Shown: in pieces, positions 42,401-53,532 of the stretch
Position numbering within the stretch: position 1 is the first letter of the stretch
Layout: each line of letters opens with the position of its first letter
Assembly: GCA_963924565.1 (NCBI GenBank)
Contig: OZ004608.1
Location: 17,298,001 to 17,362,000 of the forward strand
Length of the DNA stretch: 64,000 bases
Direction of reading: 5' to 3'
Origin: Ascidiella aspersa
Lineage: Eukaryota
Translations under genes and position numbers: made by a program
Notes under the pieces: model-generated
What the model was told of the DNA's origin: nothing
Databases searched by the model: none
Seen by the model: only the letters and a program-made list of their open reading frames with translations

Positions 42401-45400
42401 ACAAGGTTTTGTGGCACGTAGGTATTGGCCTAGCAATGGTCTATTTTAGACTACATGAATGGCTGTTACTATGGAGAAACAATAGATGATTATAGATCTA
42501 ACAGACTTTCTCCTGAAAATATTTTTTCTCCTCCCTGGAAGAAATTTCGTTGCAAAAATAAAAATTCCTGCCTCGGGGAGACAAGTTCGAGTAAAACCAA
42601 ATACAGTTATGTTGTAACCTGGCATTTTGACAGGTTAGCCAGGATAAAAGAAAGACTAGGTCACCACTATAATACAATATAATACAATTTGATGTACTTA
42701 TGGTTAAGCTGTTAAAAAACCAAAAAATAAACCAATTTGATATCAAAAATTTTTCTGTTTCAACGTGCATTCGCCCCATATAGTCCTCAGAAAGCATTCT
42801 TTTTCGAGGTAGTGTTTTTTTTTTCGTTTAGGATGAAACACAATTCAAACTAAATGAGCGAAACTGGCTAAGGCAGCCATTTTACACTCATCGAATCCTC
42901 TGCTAGTGTTCTGCCACATTTGCTGACACTTTACGTTTTTTTACATATTGAAACTTGAATAAACTTCCCATTACTGACGCTTGATTTTAGAATGTGTAGT
43001 ACAACAGCAAAGTATCAACAATTAACTGACGTTATTTGCAATCCAATGATTGGCGATTTGGTACTGCACATGTTCACCTTTTGATGGCAAAGTGTAACAA
43101 TTAATGATCTTGTTAATTAACTGGCCCGCAACCAAAATAAGCCTTTATGTGCGATTAATCGAACTGGGCAAATAGCATAGGTATTGTAGAATCATTTTTC
43201 GATGAATATAATAGTAATAAGCAAGCATCAACATCAATCAATACAGTTATTTGTTTAAATAACCGCCATAAACTTGCTCGGCTCACAGGGAACATTAAAA
43301 ACGGCTAATTCTAAACATTTACTGATGATAGTCGCTCGACGGACAGAACATCTACAACGCGTGCTGCACATTGCGGATCGAGTACAGTAAGCTGACTGCA
43401 CTGAACGTCAAGTACAACAACGAGAAGAGTAGAGATTACACCAGGAATGATCTGCCGTCCGGCGAAACTAGCAGTTTCGCAACCCCAAGCAATGCCTTAC
43501 ACAATGTGTTGGCAGGTTGGAAACGCTCAAGTGCATGCTTTGTGTTTATTACGCAGTAGATACAACAGTAGAACCAGCCGACGAATGTAGACTTGAGGCA
43601 GTGGGTAATTTGTTTTTGTAAAGAATGGTTTGATCCTTGAAATCCATTCAACTTATTCTCTGCGATGAAATGGCTGTTCGGCAAATTCAACTACATTTTA
43701 GCATTTTTTTAGGAGTAAAAACAAAATAGTCATTACGTTTTGCTAACATGAAATAGGGAAGATTTTGTGTTTTTCGGACATAAAATATTTTTCTCGTATC
43801 TCCTATTTATTAAATTTAAACATGTTTCTTTAAAGAACATTTTAAAATAATGAGAAACTTGTGCACCGAAGTGTTTCGACATTTTTCAACCTGTATAATT
43901 CTGTATAAAGTCCAACTGATTTTTTCCTCAAAAAGATATTAAGTTGTTTTTTTGTATAACAAACTTCAATGTAAATATAAATTCTAAATAACCCGGATAT
44001 ATTTAGTCTTATATTTTAGCTGATTGGGCGACTGATTTAGATCAGTTTGTCTGGCAAAACGGTATTACATAAATCACACAGAATCATTGCTTAGGGAAAC
44101 GGATACAACCGCCAGTACAATTAAACGTCGACTCTTTTTTTACCATGTAAAGCATTGTAATGTCCTTTCGCCTTAATCCCCGTACAGCTATGTCGCTGTC
44201 ATCCACTACACATCTGCTCGTTCAATTTAGTGCCGCAGCTGCTTTACGCTTGTTTTAAATACAGGAGCAAGCGGCTTTATGCCTCAACATTACACCACTC
44301 AGCAACTGGCCGCTGCAATTCAGCAAAATCACCTCGCTTCCATTGCATCAGCTTCAAGTTAGTCTTTATGCGCCTCTGTCATTTTGTTGTCTGCTTATGT
44401 GGAATATCACTGGTTGTTCGATAGAATAACCAGTCACTGCTTGCTTTGCTCTATCCTTGTGTTTCAGCTTCACACAAATTGCTAAGAAACAACCCTTTAT
44501 TTTTTAACTTTCGCAATTTAGAATGTATACCTTGACCTTTATTTAGCAGCTTAATTACTGTTCACCGAACATAGTATTCAATTTATTCCTTACATCTAGT
44601 CTATTCATGCGTGCGAACACAGACAAAAATGATTATATTGTTTCTACCAGGTGCCCTGCAAGGCGTGGCCACTACCATGTCCGGCCATTACTCTCCCCTG
44701 CCCACCATGACTATGGGCAACACGGCTGTGGCCGCTCAACTTGCCGCCATTGTCGGAGTCAACAACGCGGTCTTGCACGTATCCAACCTGAACGACGAGG
44801 TAAGGTGGAATCGTGTACTGTTGTAGTTGCTTGCAGTTGTAGCTGACTATACGCGCCTGTTATGACGTGTGTGTGATACAAACCGTTCTTGCTTTTCGCT
44901 GCCCCGGTGCTATCGCGGCCCGTTCTGTCTGCGTCTTAGAGCCTTGCGATGTTCTGCTGGCTTCTAGTCTAAATCTTTGATTTCTTCAATCGTTTTTGAT
45001 TAACTGGCGGTGTTGCGAAATACCGCGGTTGTGAAATGCGCTCAAATGCTGTTGCCCAAACACGCAAGGTCGGTGTTGCCACGTTTAGGATTGCTGATTT
45101 AACGTTTATGTTGTCAGGTCGGTTTTACAACCGTGTTTCCGCAAGTTTTCAAGTGTAATAATTGTCGCGCGTGTGTGTGTGCAAACCAGGCGTTTGTGCG
45201 TCTGTGGTCTGGCGTGCTTTCCCGTGTGTAGCGCTTGTACAAACGCGCAAGGCCGCCGCCATTTTCGGTTGATTAATGTGGATACACTATTTTGCCGTCG
45301 TTTTTCCGACATGGCGCTCCACTTCTCTAAAAAAAGTGACGTTTTTTCTTTTTTTTCTACATTTCCGTCACTGCCAACGACCACTCGACCTTCGACTACT

Positions 45401-47592
45401 GTGCCCTACTACTACTACCACCTTTGTCTCTGCTCGCTCTATGGATGATCGCGAACGTGGTGCTCTTCCTGTTTACCCCTCCCTTCCCCAACACTCACCA
45501 TTTCGCTCTGGTATTCTACCTTCCGTAACCTGAATTTCTTTTTTTTTTCTGAATAACAACTTTAATATAACCCCCGTTTCAAATATGTTTTTACCCAACT
45601 GCCCTACGATTTACCCACCCACCACGATTCGTAACTTTCCTTCGGGCTGCTGCCGTTTCTATGTGCTTCCTCCACACGCAAAGATGGTGACGCCACAAGT
45701 GCTCTTTGTACTGTTTGGTACGTTTCTGCCTTGTTTTTCAATTTTATCCTCACGGCCTTAACTTTACTGGTGTTCCTTTACGCGCTTTCTTTCTTGGTTC
45801 ACACATAACAGCATTTTTTTACTTTGTGTCCATTACCGATAGCTCAATCTTCAAAATTCACGTAGTTAAAATAAAGCCGAACTTATTTTTTTGAATTTTG
45901 GCACATGTATTATTAACGAGAATCAAACCGAACTGTTGGTGTGTCTTTGGCGATATATCTAGGACTGTTCAGTTTCCGTTTGTTAAGTTTTGTCCCAACA
46001 TTGTAATAACTCTCTATGAACTAGCCATACATCTTGGTTCATATGTTTACCCATCGTGTAAAGTACTTACTACTTAATAATATCGTTATGATATTGCGCC
46101 ACCAGGTGTTTACGGTGACGTCATCCGCGTTAAGATCCTCTTTCAGAAGCAAAACAGCGCCCTCGTGCAGATGAACGACTACACACAGGCTCAGCTCGGT
46201 AGGCCATAACACAGTCCTTAGTGTGTACAACTATGTCTGAACATAATGACATACTACTTAAAATTAGTTTTTGAACATTGACGCGGTTTACAGACAGTAA
46301 AACACTTTATTGTTTTTTCGGACGTAGCTGGAAAAACTCTAAAAAAGTTAGTTGTACGTATATATATAGTTTGTGTTTTAATGTGAATACATGTTGTGCG
46401 TGTTATTGCGATGGTCTTTTCCACAGTTTTTGCCTTAACCAATTTCGTTGCTTCTAGTAATCAAATATCTCCACGGTTTGAAGCTGTTTGGTCGCTCGAT
46501 GCAAATTGCCATGTCCAAGCACAGCCAGGTTCAGATGCCTAAGGAAGGACAGGAGATGTCCAAACTCACACAGGTAAGACCAGCTACTATTGAGGTGGCT
46601 TGGGGGTGATTTTCGATTTCCTTGTTTGACAAATAAAACTAAAATTTATTTAAACAAACCTTTATCAGATGCTATAGCATTGCATTGACTTGTGATAAAC
46701 ATAGAAAACAACCATAGTGTGATTCAGTTTACTAATTTCCGGACAAGGCAGTGAGTTATGAGAAATTGTATTGCCAATAAAATATTTTTTTACAGGATTA
46801 CACCAACTCCCCTCTCCACCGCTTCAAAAAGCCAGGTTCGAAGAACTTTCAGAATATATTTCCCCCTTCTGAAGTCCTACATCTCTCCAACATCCCGTGA
46901 GTCGCTTTTCTAGTTCATAAAAGAGTTTCAACAAACTCAATATTCGTGTCCATTGTATCCAATTTCCTATTTTCTTTGCTAGACCCGAAACCACAGAAGA
47001 GTTCTTAATGGATGCGTTCGGTCAAAACGCAACTGTGCAGGCATTCAAGTTCTTCGCGTAAGTTTCGCCACACTTTGTTTGCTTGACGTGTTTGGTTTCG
47101 CCTAAATACAGGGTACAATGCAAATGCCACACTTTGCAGAATAGTTCGCTCGGTTGGTGCATGTTTGATAAGCCTTTTTATGAGAGGTTTTTGAAATTTT
47201 AATTGATAACTGAGTACCTGTTAGGTAGACTTTAATGCCATAATCTACACTTTTTGAGTTGCGTGTTTCTAACATTTAAACTTGGGTTGTGAATAAACCT
47301 AGTAAATGCTTCGATTGTTTTTAAATTGCAGAAAAGACAGAAGAATGGCGCTCATTAAACTTTCCAGCATCGAAGACGCTGTGAAGTGTCTAGTGGTAAG
47401 TTTTGGTTTTAGTTCACAACAAATATTTTTAAGTGAGCCAATTTTTAGTTGCCGATGTAAGCTGGTCTATTTATCTGTCACTAAATTACCGTAGTATAGC
47501 AAAGGCATTTGTTTTTATTCCAGCTTCTTCACAATGCCAAGTTAAGTGACACCAACCACTTGAGGGTGTCCTTCTCCAAAGGCCACATTTGA
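30480..47592 (+). CDS. PTBP: Polypyrimidine tract-binding protein (PTBP1/2/3 homologue, 4 RRMs), 16 coding exons, ~534 aa
   Basis: Exons: 30480-30521, 34914-34973, 35769-35906, 38768-38926, 40459-40627, 41705-41763, 43332-43515, 44265-44357, 44651-44799, 45684-45717, 46106-46198, 46458-46573, 46796-46896, 46983-47057, 47332-47395, 47524-47592. Motifs: [116 protein letters not shown]. Confidence 0.96.
34342..34539 (+). CDS. PTBP: Candidate alternative first coding exon of PTBP (66 aa, Pro/Gln/Ala-rich N-terminus)
   Basis: ATG at 34342 opens a GC-rich, coding-like frame [17 protein letters not shown]...HTATK. It ends at AAG|GTGGGT (phase 0), in frame with exon 34914, and ends in TK like exon 30480-30521 (NGTK). 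Confidence 0.7.
45337..45681 (+). promoter_or_regulatory. AG-exclusion zone with candidate distant branch point and polypyrimidine tract upstream of the PTBP 34-nt exon
   Basis: No AG dinucleotide between 45337 and the 3' splice site at 45682-45683. TGAC (A45339) is followed directly by GTTTTTTCTTTTTTTTCTAC, and the zone is CU-rich. Confidence 0.8.
45684..45717 (+). CDS. PTBP: PTBP 34-nt cassette exon (equivalent of vertebrate PTBP1 exon 11 / PTBP2 exon 10, AS-NMD switch)
   Basis: AAG|ATGGTGACGCCACAAGTGCTCTTTGTACTGTTTG|GTACG is 34 nt and encodes [11 protein letters not shown](G); human reads RVTPQSLFILFG. It is required for frame; skipping gives TGA at 46172. Confidence 0.92.
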
Positions 47593-49838
47593 TTGACAGC
47601 AAAAGATCCGCGACGTCCCCGTGCAATTTTCTTACACTCATTGGATCTTAGTTTCCCGAGTTTACAGCCATTTTTGCTGCTCCGATGTTAAACTAACTGT
47701 TTGTTCTGCAACGTGCACTTCGAACACTGTACCGGCAGATTACTACAGTCATTGTAGATGTAAAAAACGTCTTGGTGGTTTTTAATATAAATCAAAAAGA
47801 AATGTCAAAGCAGAAATGCTTAATGAATTGTTGAAGCCTCCGTGCAAAGTAATTGTGAAGCGTAAGGGTGCATAACTTTAGACCCGTACACGCACGTTAA
47901 AAGCAAGTTGTTTTTTCTTGTATGTCGTGGGTACTTCTGGGCCTAATTTTTCTTGCCCTTCCCTGTCCTTTGCGATACCAACGATGTTTGCGATTATTGC
48001 GTTACACGTTCCAGCACGATTTTCTGTTCGCAATTGATTTTTTTCGCCACCCTAGTTATGTGAAGCCTACACATTCTCTGTGATCTCAGCATCTAGTAAA
48101 TGGGTCACAACACCAAACCCTTCACATTCCATTACTTTTGCAATAAAAATATGTGCGATGTTACTGTTTGGGGAACAGAATTTTACATTTTGCGCTGATC
48201 ATTTGCTTTTCAAGTTTAGTTTCTGATCTGTGAACTGTTTATATTCTACCACTTGTAGACACATCAAGCAACGTCGATACTTAAAGAGCAACTTAAAACC
48301 TATACTTTTTGTTGAAAAAAAAGCAGCGCCTCATTTCCCTTAACTTACAATTGCCAAATTATAATCCTGCATGAATTACTGAAATGCGCGTTTTTTCTTT
48401 AGAGGTTGGGGGCCCCTGTACAACTATTATGTTGGTAGATACAAGTTAGCGAGGTCCTAAATGAGTAGTGCTTTGTACGATTTTGTAATGAAAAACACTG
48501 TGCCGTGTGCAAACCACCGGCTGCTTTTTGTTCGCTGCCTTTTTTCTTGTATTTATTGTAACGGTCTAGCAACGTGGTGTTAGGAACTACGCTTGCTTAC
48601 TGGGTGTTGGTAATTTAAAATTTTCTCTTAATGAAGCCATTCCTACAATATGTTCCATACACATTGATCGTTGTTGTAGTTGCGCGGTGTGTAGAAATTT
48701 ATTTTGTGCGTTTTTTGTTAATATTTTTGTATTGTCGTTTCATGTTTAATGATCTCAAAGCATTATTTTTGTAACATTGAACTCTGGGTTTTCTCACCAA
48801 ACTTTTATATTATTTGACACTTTGGTATGATTCGTTCATTCAATATGCACTATTTTAAAAGTTGTCAGTACATTCCTTTTTCTCATTAATGAAAATATGA
48901 TTTAAAAACCACAGATATTTTTTTAAATTAATGACGTAGGCGACACTAAGGTAAATATTTAGAAAAGATCATTCACCAATAAATTGTAAGATTTCACATT
49001 TTGTAGATGTTGTTAGAAATTTAAAAAAAGACATTATAAAGGCTTTATAACATTGATTAAATTCGTTGAATGATAAGAAACATCAACAAAGTTTTCGGCG
49101 CCCGTTATTACATAAATAGTTATGTGAGACGCCGCATTCGTATATTTGTAGCAAAAACGCAAAGGTAAAGTAACAAAATTCAGCTTTCCCACGATTAAAC
49201 TATGACAGAACCTGAAGTTAACTTATCCTTGTTTGTTTTACTGTTCCTTTAGATTTTGCACGACACCTGTTTATGTTAACTCAAAGTTTCACCCGATTCT
49301 CGTTTTTGTGTTTACATGCTTGTGTTGGAAGCGCAACTTTGTGTTTGGTTGGCTGTACATTCCGCGTTCATTGTATTTTGCGCAACTCGGATATAATAAA
49401 CTAGTTTATTGTAGGGAAGTTTTCTGGCAATTTGTTTAGCTAAGCTCGTGTCTTTAATAATAGCGAAACTTTAATGAGTGAGAGGCAATATTGAGGCTGT
49501 AGAGTCATGCCGTACTTGGTACTCGATCATTTTTTTCTGGCTGGAGCGCATTCGCTACTTGAGTAAAACTCTCAGCCGGAGACGGACACGAGTTGTTTTC
49601 GAACTTCAATATACGGAGCCCTGCTTTACATATAAACTGCAAACCATTGAATTAAAAATTTGGTGGACACGATTTTGGTAATTGCCTTCGGTTAAGTTTT
49701 GTACTGAAGCAGAAGCAGTATAAAAAGCCATAGCATTCCCGTCTCGATAATTTCGTTTTTTGTGTTAATTACTTAGTGGTCTACTGGTACATTCCTTTTT
49801 GACCCCGCTTTTATCAAAAAGGCTTGCTTCTTAACGTT

Positions 49839-49865
49839 AATAAAACTACCTTTACCGTGTTTATT
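49839..49865. terminator. Opposing polyadenylation signals of convergent PTBP (+) and trefoil (-) genes
   Basis: AATAAA on + at 49839-49844; AATAAA on - at 49865-49860, about 40 nt after the trefoil stop codon. Confidence 0.5.
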
Positions 49866-49904
49866 GTTTATTAGTAATATTTGTAAAACAGTGAAGTCCT
49901 GTAT

Positions 49905-51826
49905 TCACCATAGTGAGGGTTTGAAGCACTGCGGTCCTTCCAGTAATATTGGTATCCAACAGCATCTCCATCTTAAGCATTGCTCTCTACGGACGAAACA
50001 GGGTAGGCAATTAATAAGCCAACAGAGAACAATCTCTTATAGCTGGTTGCCATTTAGAGAAAAATCTTGAATGTTACACACGTTTTTTGTAAATAATTTG
50101 AATAATCATTGTTACTTCGGGTAAATATAGCAATGCACCCGAGCAAAATTTTATATCTTTTTTTTTTTATATAATTTTTCTCGTTTTTTCCATTTGAAAA
50201 GAATATTGTTTTCGTTATATGGTTAAATAGTTATTCTATAGGTCATTAGTTGATACCAGAAATACATACAATAGGCCTACACATGCTTAACAAGACAACA
50301 TTTGGGCGAAGATGACATAAAGTGATATATTTGTTACCTTGAACAGTCTGTATGTCCACAGTACTGTCTTTCAAATGGATTCACGCTATTGCAGCCTCTC
50401 ATCAACAGATTGGAATACAAAATGTGCATTCCTGGGTACCCAATTGGATAAACTAGAAATAACATAGCCATGTTTTATTTCTCTACTAACCAATATGCGC
50501 AGAAGGTTACCCATTTGTAAATATTGGCATCACCTTTAATATAACCTTACGCGGCTAAAACAGTTAGGCCTACTACACGCTACGTTTTTAATTTTGAAAT
50601 TGGTTCTGAGCAAGATTTCCCCTAAATTCAAGAAAATTTGCGGAAGCAATACAAAGACATGAATATTAATTGAATTCGAATTTATTAACGCCATTGTCTT
50701 TATTGTGTTGTGTTTACACTAAGATTACAAAACAACGAGTAAAGAGAATTGGGTCACCACCAAAGCTTTTTGGTTATATCTACGCTTAGAATTTGGGTCG
50801 CCGCGAAAAAAGGTTGAGAAACACTGGCTTAAATCCTATTTTTTCTAATTTATTGTTGAATACGTTGTAAACCAAGTGTTTACAGACCCTGCTTGAAATG
50901 TATCGAACCTTAAAGGGAATTTGCTGAGCGTATAAGAGCAGTTAATATTGGAAAGCTTGGTGCCTCTTACTTTTGCGTTTGAAGCATATTGGGGAACCAT
51001 AGTTATCCTCGTCGTAGCAACAACCAGCAGATTCGCATTGGCGGAGAGTCACGTATTTTAGGCCCTCCAGTAGCGGACACGCTTGGCGGCGCTCGGGCAT
51101 CACTTGGCATTCTCCGTGTGGACATCTCCCTAAAAAAACTTTCAAGATAACCTACCAAGAATAGAGTACATAAATACTGTCCCGAATTGGTTCTTATAAG
51201 CACAAACTTAAGTGTGTTTTGTTCCTGCAAAATTTTTTCTCAATCATTGCTAAATTATTTTCGTAATTGTGAATAAAGCTAATTATAACAATCAACGCAA
51301 GTAAATACTGTCCCGCACTAGTTCTTATAAGCACAAAGTTGGGTGTGTTTTGTTCCTGCAAAATATTTTCTGAATCATTGCTAAATTATTTTCGTAATTG
51401 TGAATAAAGCTAATTATAACAATCAACGCAAGTAAATACTGTCCCGCACTAGTTCTTATAAGCACAAAGTTGGGTGTGTTTTGTTCCTGCAAAATATTTT
51501 CTGAATCATTGCTAAATTATTTTCATAATTGTGATTAAAGCTAATTATAACAATCAACGCAGGTAGTTAATTAGTATCTCAACAAGGTCTGCGTAGTTCC
51601 ACGCTTCATATAATGGATAAATCGATTTTCACCATAAAATAAACACATATTTCCACCATAAAATAAACACCTTCCGGCAGGGCCAGCCCTTTGAAACACC
51701 AGGTGGTGTTGTAGTTTGAGTTGTCGAAGCAGCAGCCGCGAGATAAGCACTCGTCTCTCGAAGTTTCCCCGCGTGCACAATCGATTCTCTTCTGAATGGG
51801 CACTGTACATTGGTAGGCTTTGCACT
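49905..51826 (-). CDS. Secreted-type protein with three trefoil (P-type) domains; 5' coding exon not resolved
   Basis: Exons 51826-51671 (CTVPIQKRIDCARGETSRDECLSRGCCFDNSNYNTTWCF), 51129-50971 (CQVMPERRQAC...QCESAGCCYDEDNYGSPICF), 50452-50338 (CNSVNPFERQYCGHTDCS) and 49986-49905 (REQCLRWRCCWIP...PQCF...stop). Six-Cys trefoil spacing with CC; phases consistent. Confidence 0.85.
51171..51561. repeat. Three near-identical 131-bp tandem copies in a trefoil gene intron
   Basis: TAAATACTGTCCCG begins units at 51171, 51302 and 51433. Confidence 0.92.
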
Positions 51827-53532
51827 CTGCATTTGTATGACGTGTAATATGTTATTCGTTTCAAAATCATTAAACTTAAGCCATAAACAATTAAATATTT
51901 AGAAAGAAGTAAAAGTCTAGATTATGGCCTAGATCAGTGGTTTTCAGCCTTATTCACGTCACGGCGTTTTCCGTTTCGTAACATTGTCATTTTTTACCTC
52001 GCCGCGTACCTTCTTAAACCTTGTTACCTTGCGCAGTTTTACTAAAAAAATGTCAAACCACGTAAATTACTAATGCTGTTTAATAATGTGTCTGGTTTAC
52101 AGGTTAAATAATGATCCTAACTCCTCAAATAGAAAATAAAACTGTTTATTAGAACAGGTTGCAGCTTGCATTTTCCCTAACCAAAATTAAAATGTCTAAT
52201 TAAAAAAATAAATAATGATTGTTAAAATGCTCACCTGAAAGAGCTAAAGTTGCTTACCGACTAACTAAGGTTTATTCTAATTGCAACTAACGAATGTTTC
52301 TATTCTGCTATCCTTACTATACCTTATGTCTGGATTTATTGTACAATATTGCCGTCTTAACAACTGAAACGCATTTTCCAATAATCTTTTTCTTAACCGA
52401 TCAGCTGTTAACTTATAATTGAATTTTATATTTTGTGCGTTTAAAAATATCTCTCACATTTTCCAAATATCTTACCTCGTTTTTCTAGAACAAGTTTGCC
52501 AACCTTGTCGCTTAGGCTATGTCGCGGAATTAACAACAGGTAGACCAAGACAACCCATTCAGGCGTACTAGCGGGTTTACACATTTATTTGCTTATAGGT
52601 TATATAGCAACTAAACCTTTTTAGGGTATATAGCAATCACGGTTCTTTCGTAACATGACTGTAGGTTCTGGTCGCACACTTGTCCAAACAAAAGAGAAAC
52701 AAGCGACTTTCTAAAACTTGTTTTTATGATCGCCCTGGAATCGAGTTGTTGTCAAATTAGTATAAACCAAGATAATTGCATTGCAATTTGTACATTATTG
52801 TTTTCACTGGGAGATGGCTCGCGGGCACGATTAAAAGCAATTTAATCTTACATGTCACTCGTGATATATACGCGTTAATCTTTTTGAACTGCTCTTTCAT
52901 ATATTTATATAACAAAAACATTTCTTCAATTTGTTTTGTAAAATTATTTTAATATTTGCGCATCGTATAGCATATACATCAAACCCTTTTTGCAGAAAAA
53001 CTTTAATCATATTAGCATTGGTAGGCTATTTTGTATTAACAAAATACTCCAGGCAGCACAATTTTTACAACGTACATTTGTAGGCTAAGGCTAAACAATT
53101 AACCGCTAGAACATTGTAACCGTCTATTCTAATTCAAAGATACATCAATGAAGAGTTTGGTGATAAAATGATTCCCATTTTGAAAATAGTCGACCTATAT
53201 CATATAACGTTTTCGGTTTTGACTTTATCAAATAAATATAATACTGTGTAAGAAAGACATGTTCGTAGGAAATCCAACACTACCGCAAGTTCGTGGTCAT
53301 CAGTTCAATCAAAGATGGAAAAATATATTACGACAAGCCTGAAACGTTTTTGAAACGTGCCTCTGGCTTTTTAATCAAACACCTCGTGCTGCCGCCAGTC
53401 ACCAATCAACATTCCAGCATTTCGGAAGGAACGTCAGAACAGGGTTTCTGTTTTTGTAAGCTCACTGCTTCATTCCTATGTTTATTTCTGTTGTGTGGTG
53501 GTGCATTAAATTTTCTTTTTTTAGTTTGAATT

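Noticed and set aside
48536-49688. miR-124 regulation of PTBP
   Set aside because: Only two 6mer TGCCTT matches, compatible with chance. No 7mer or 8mer seen.
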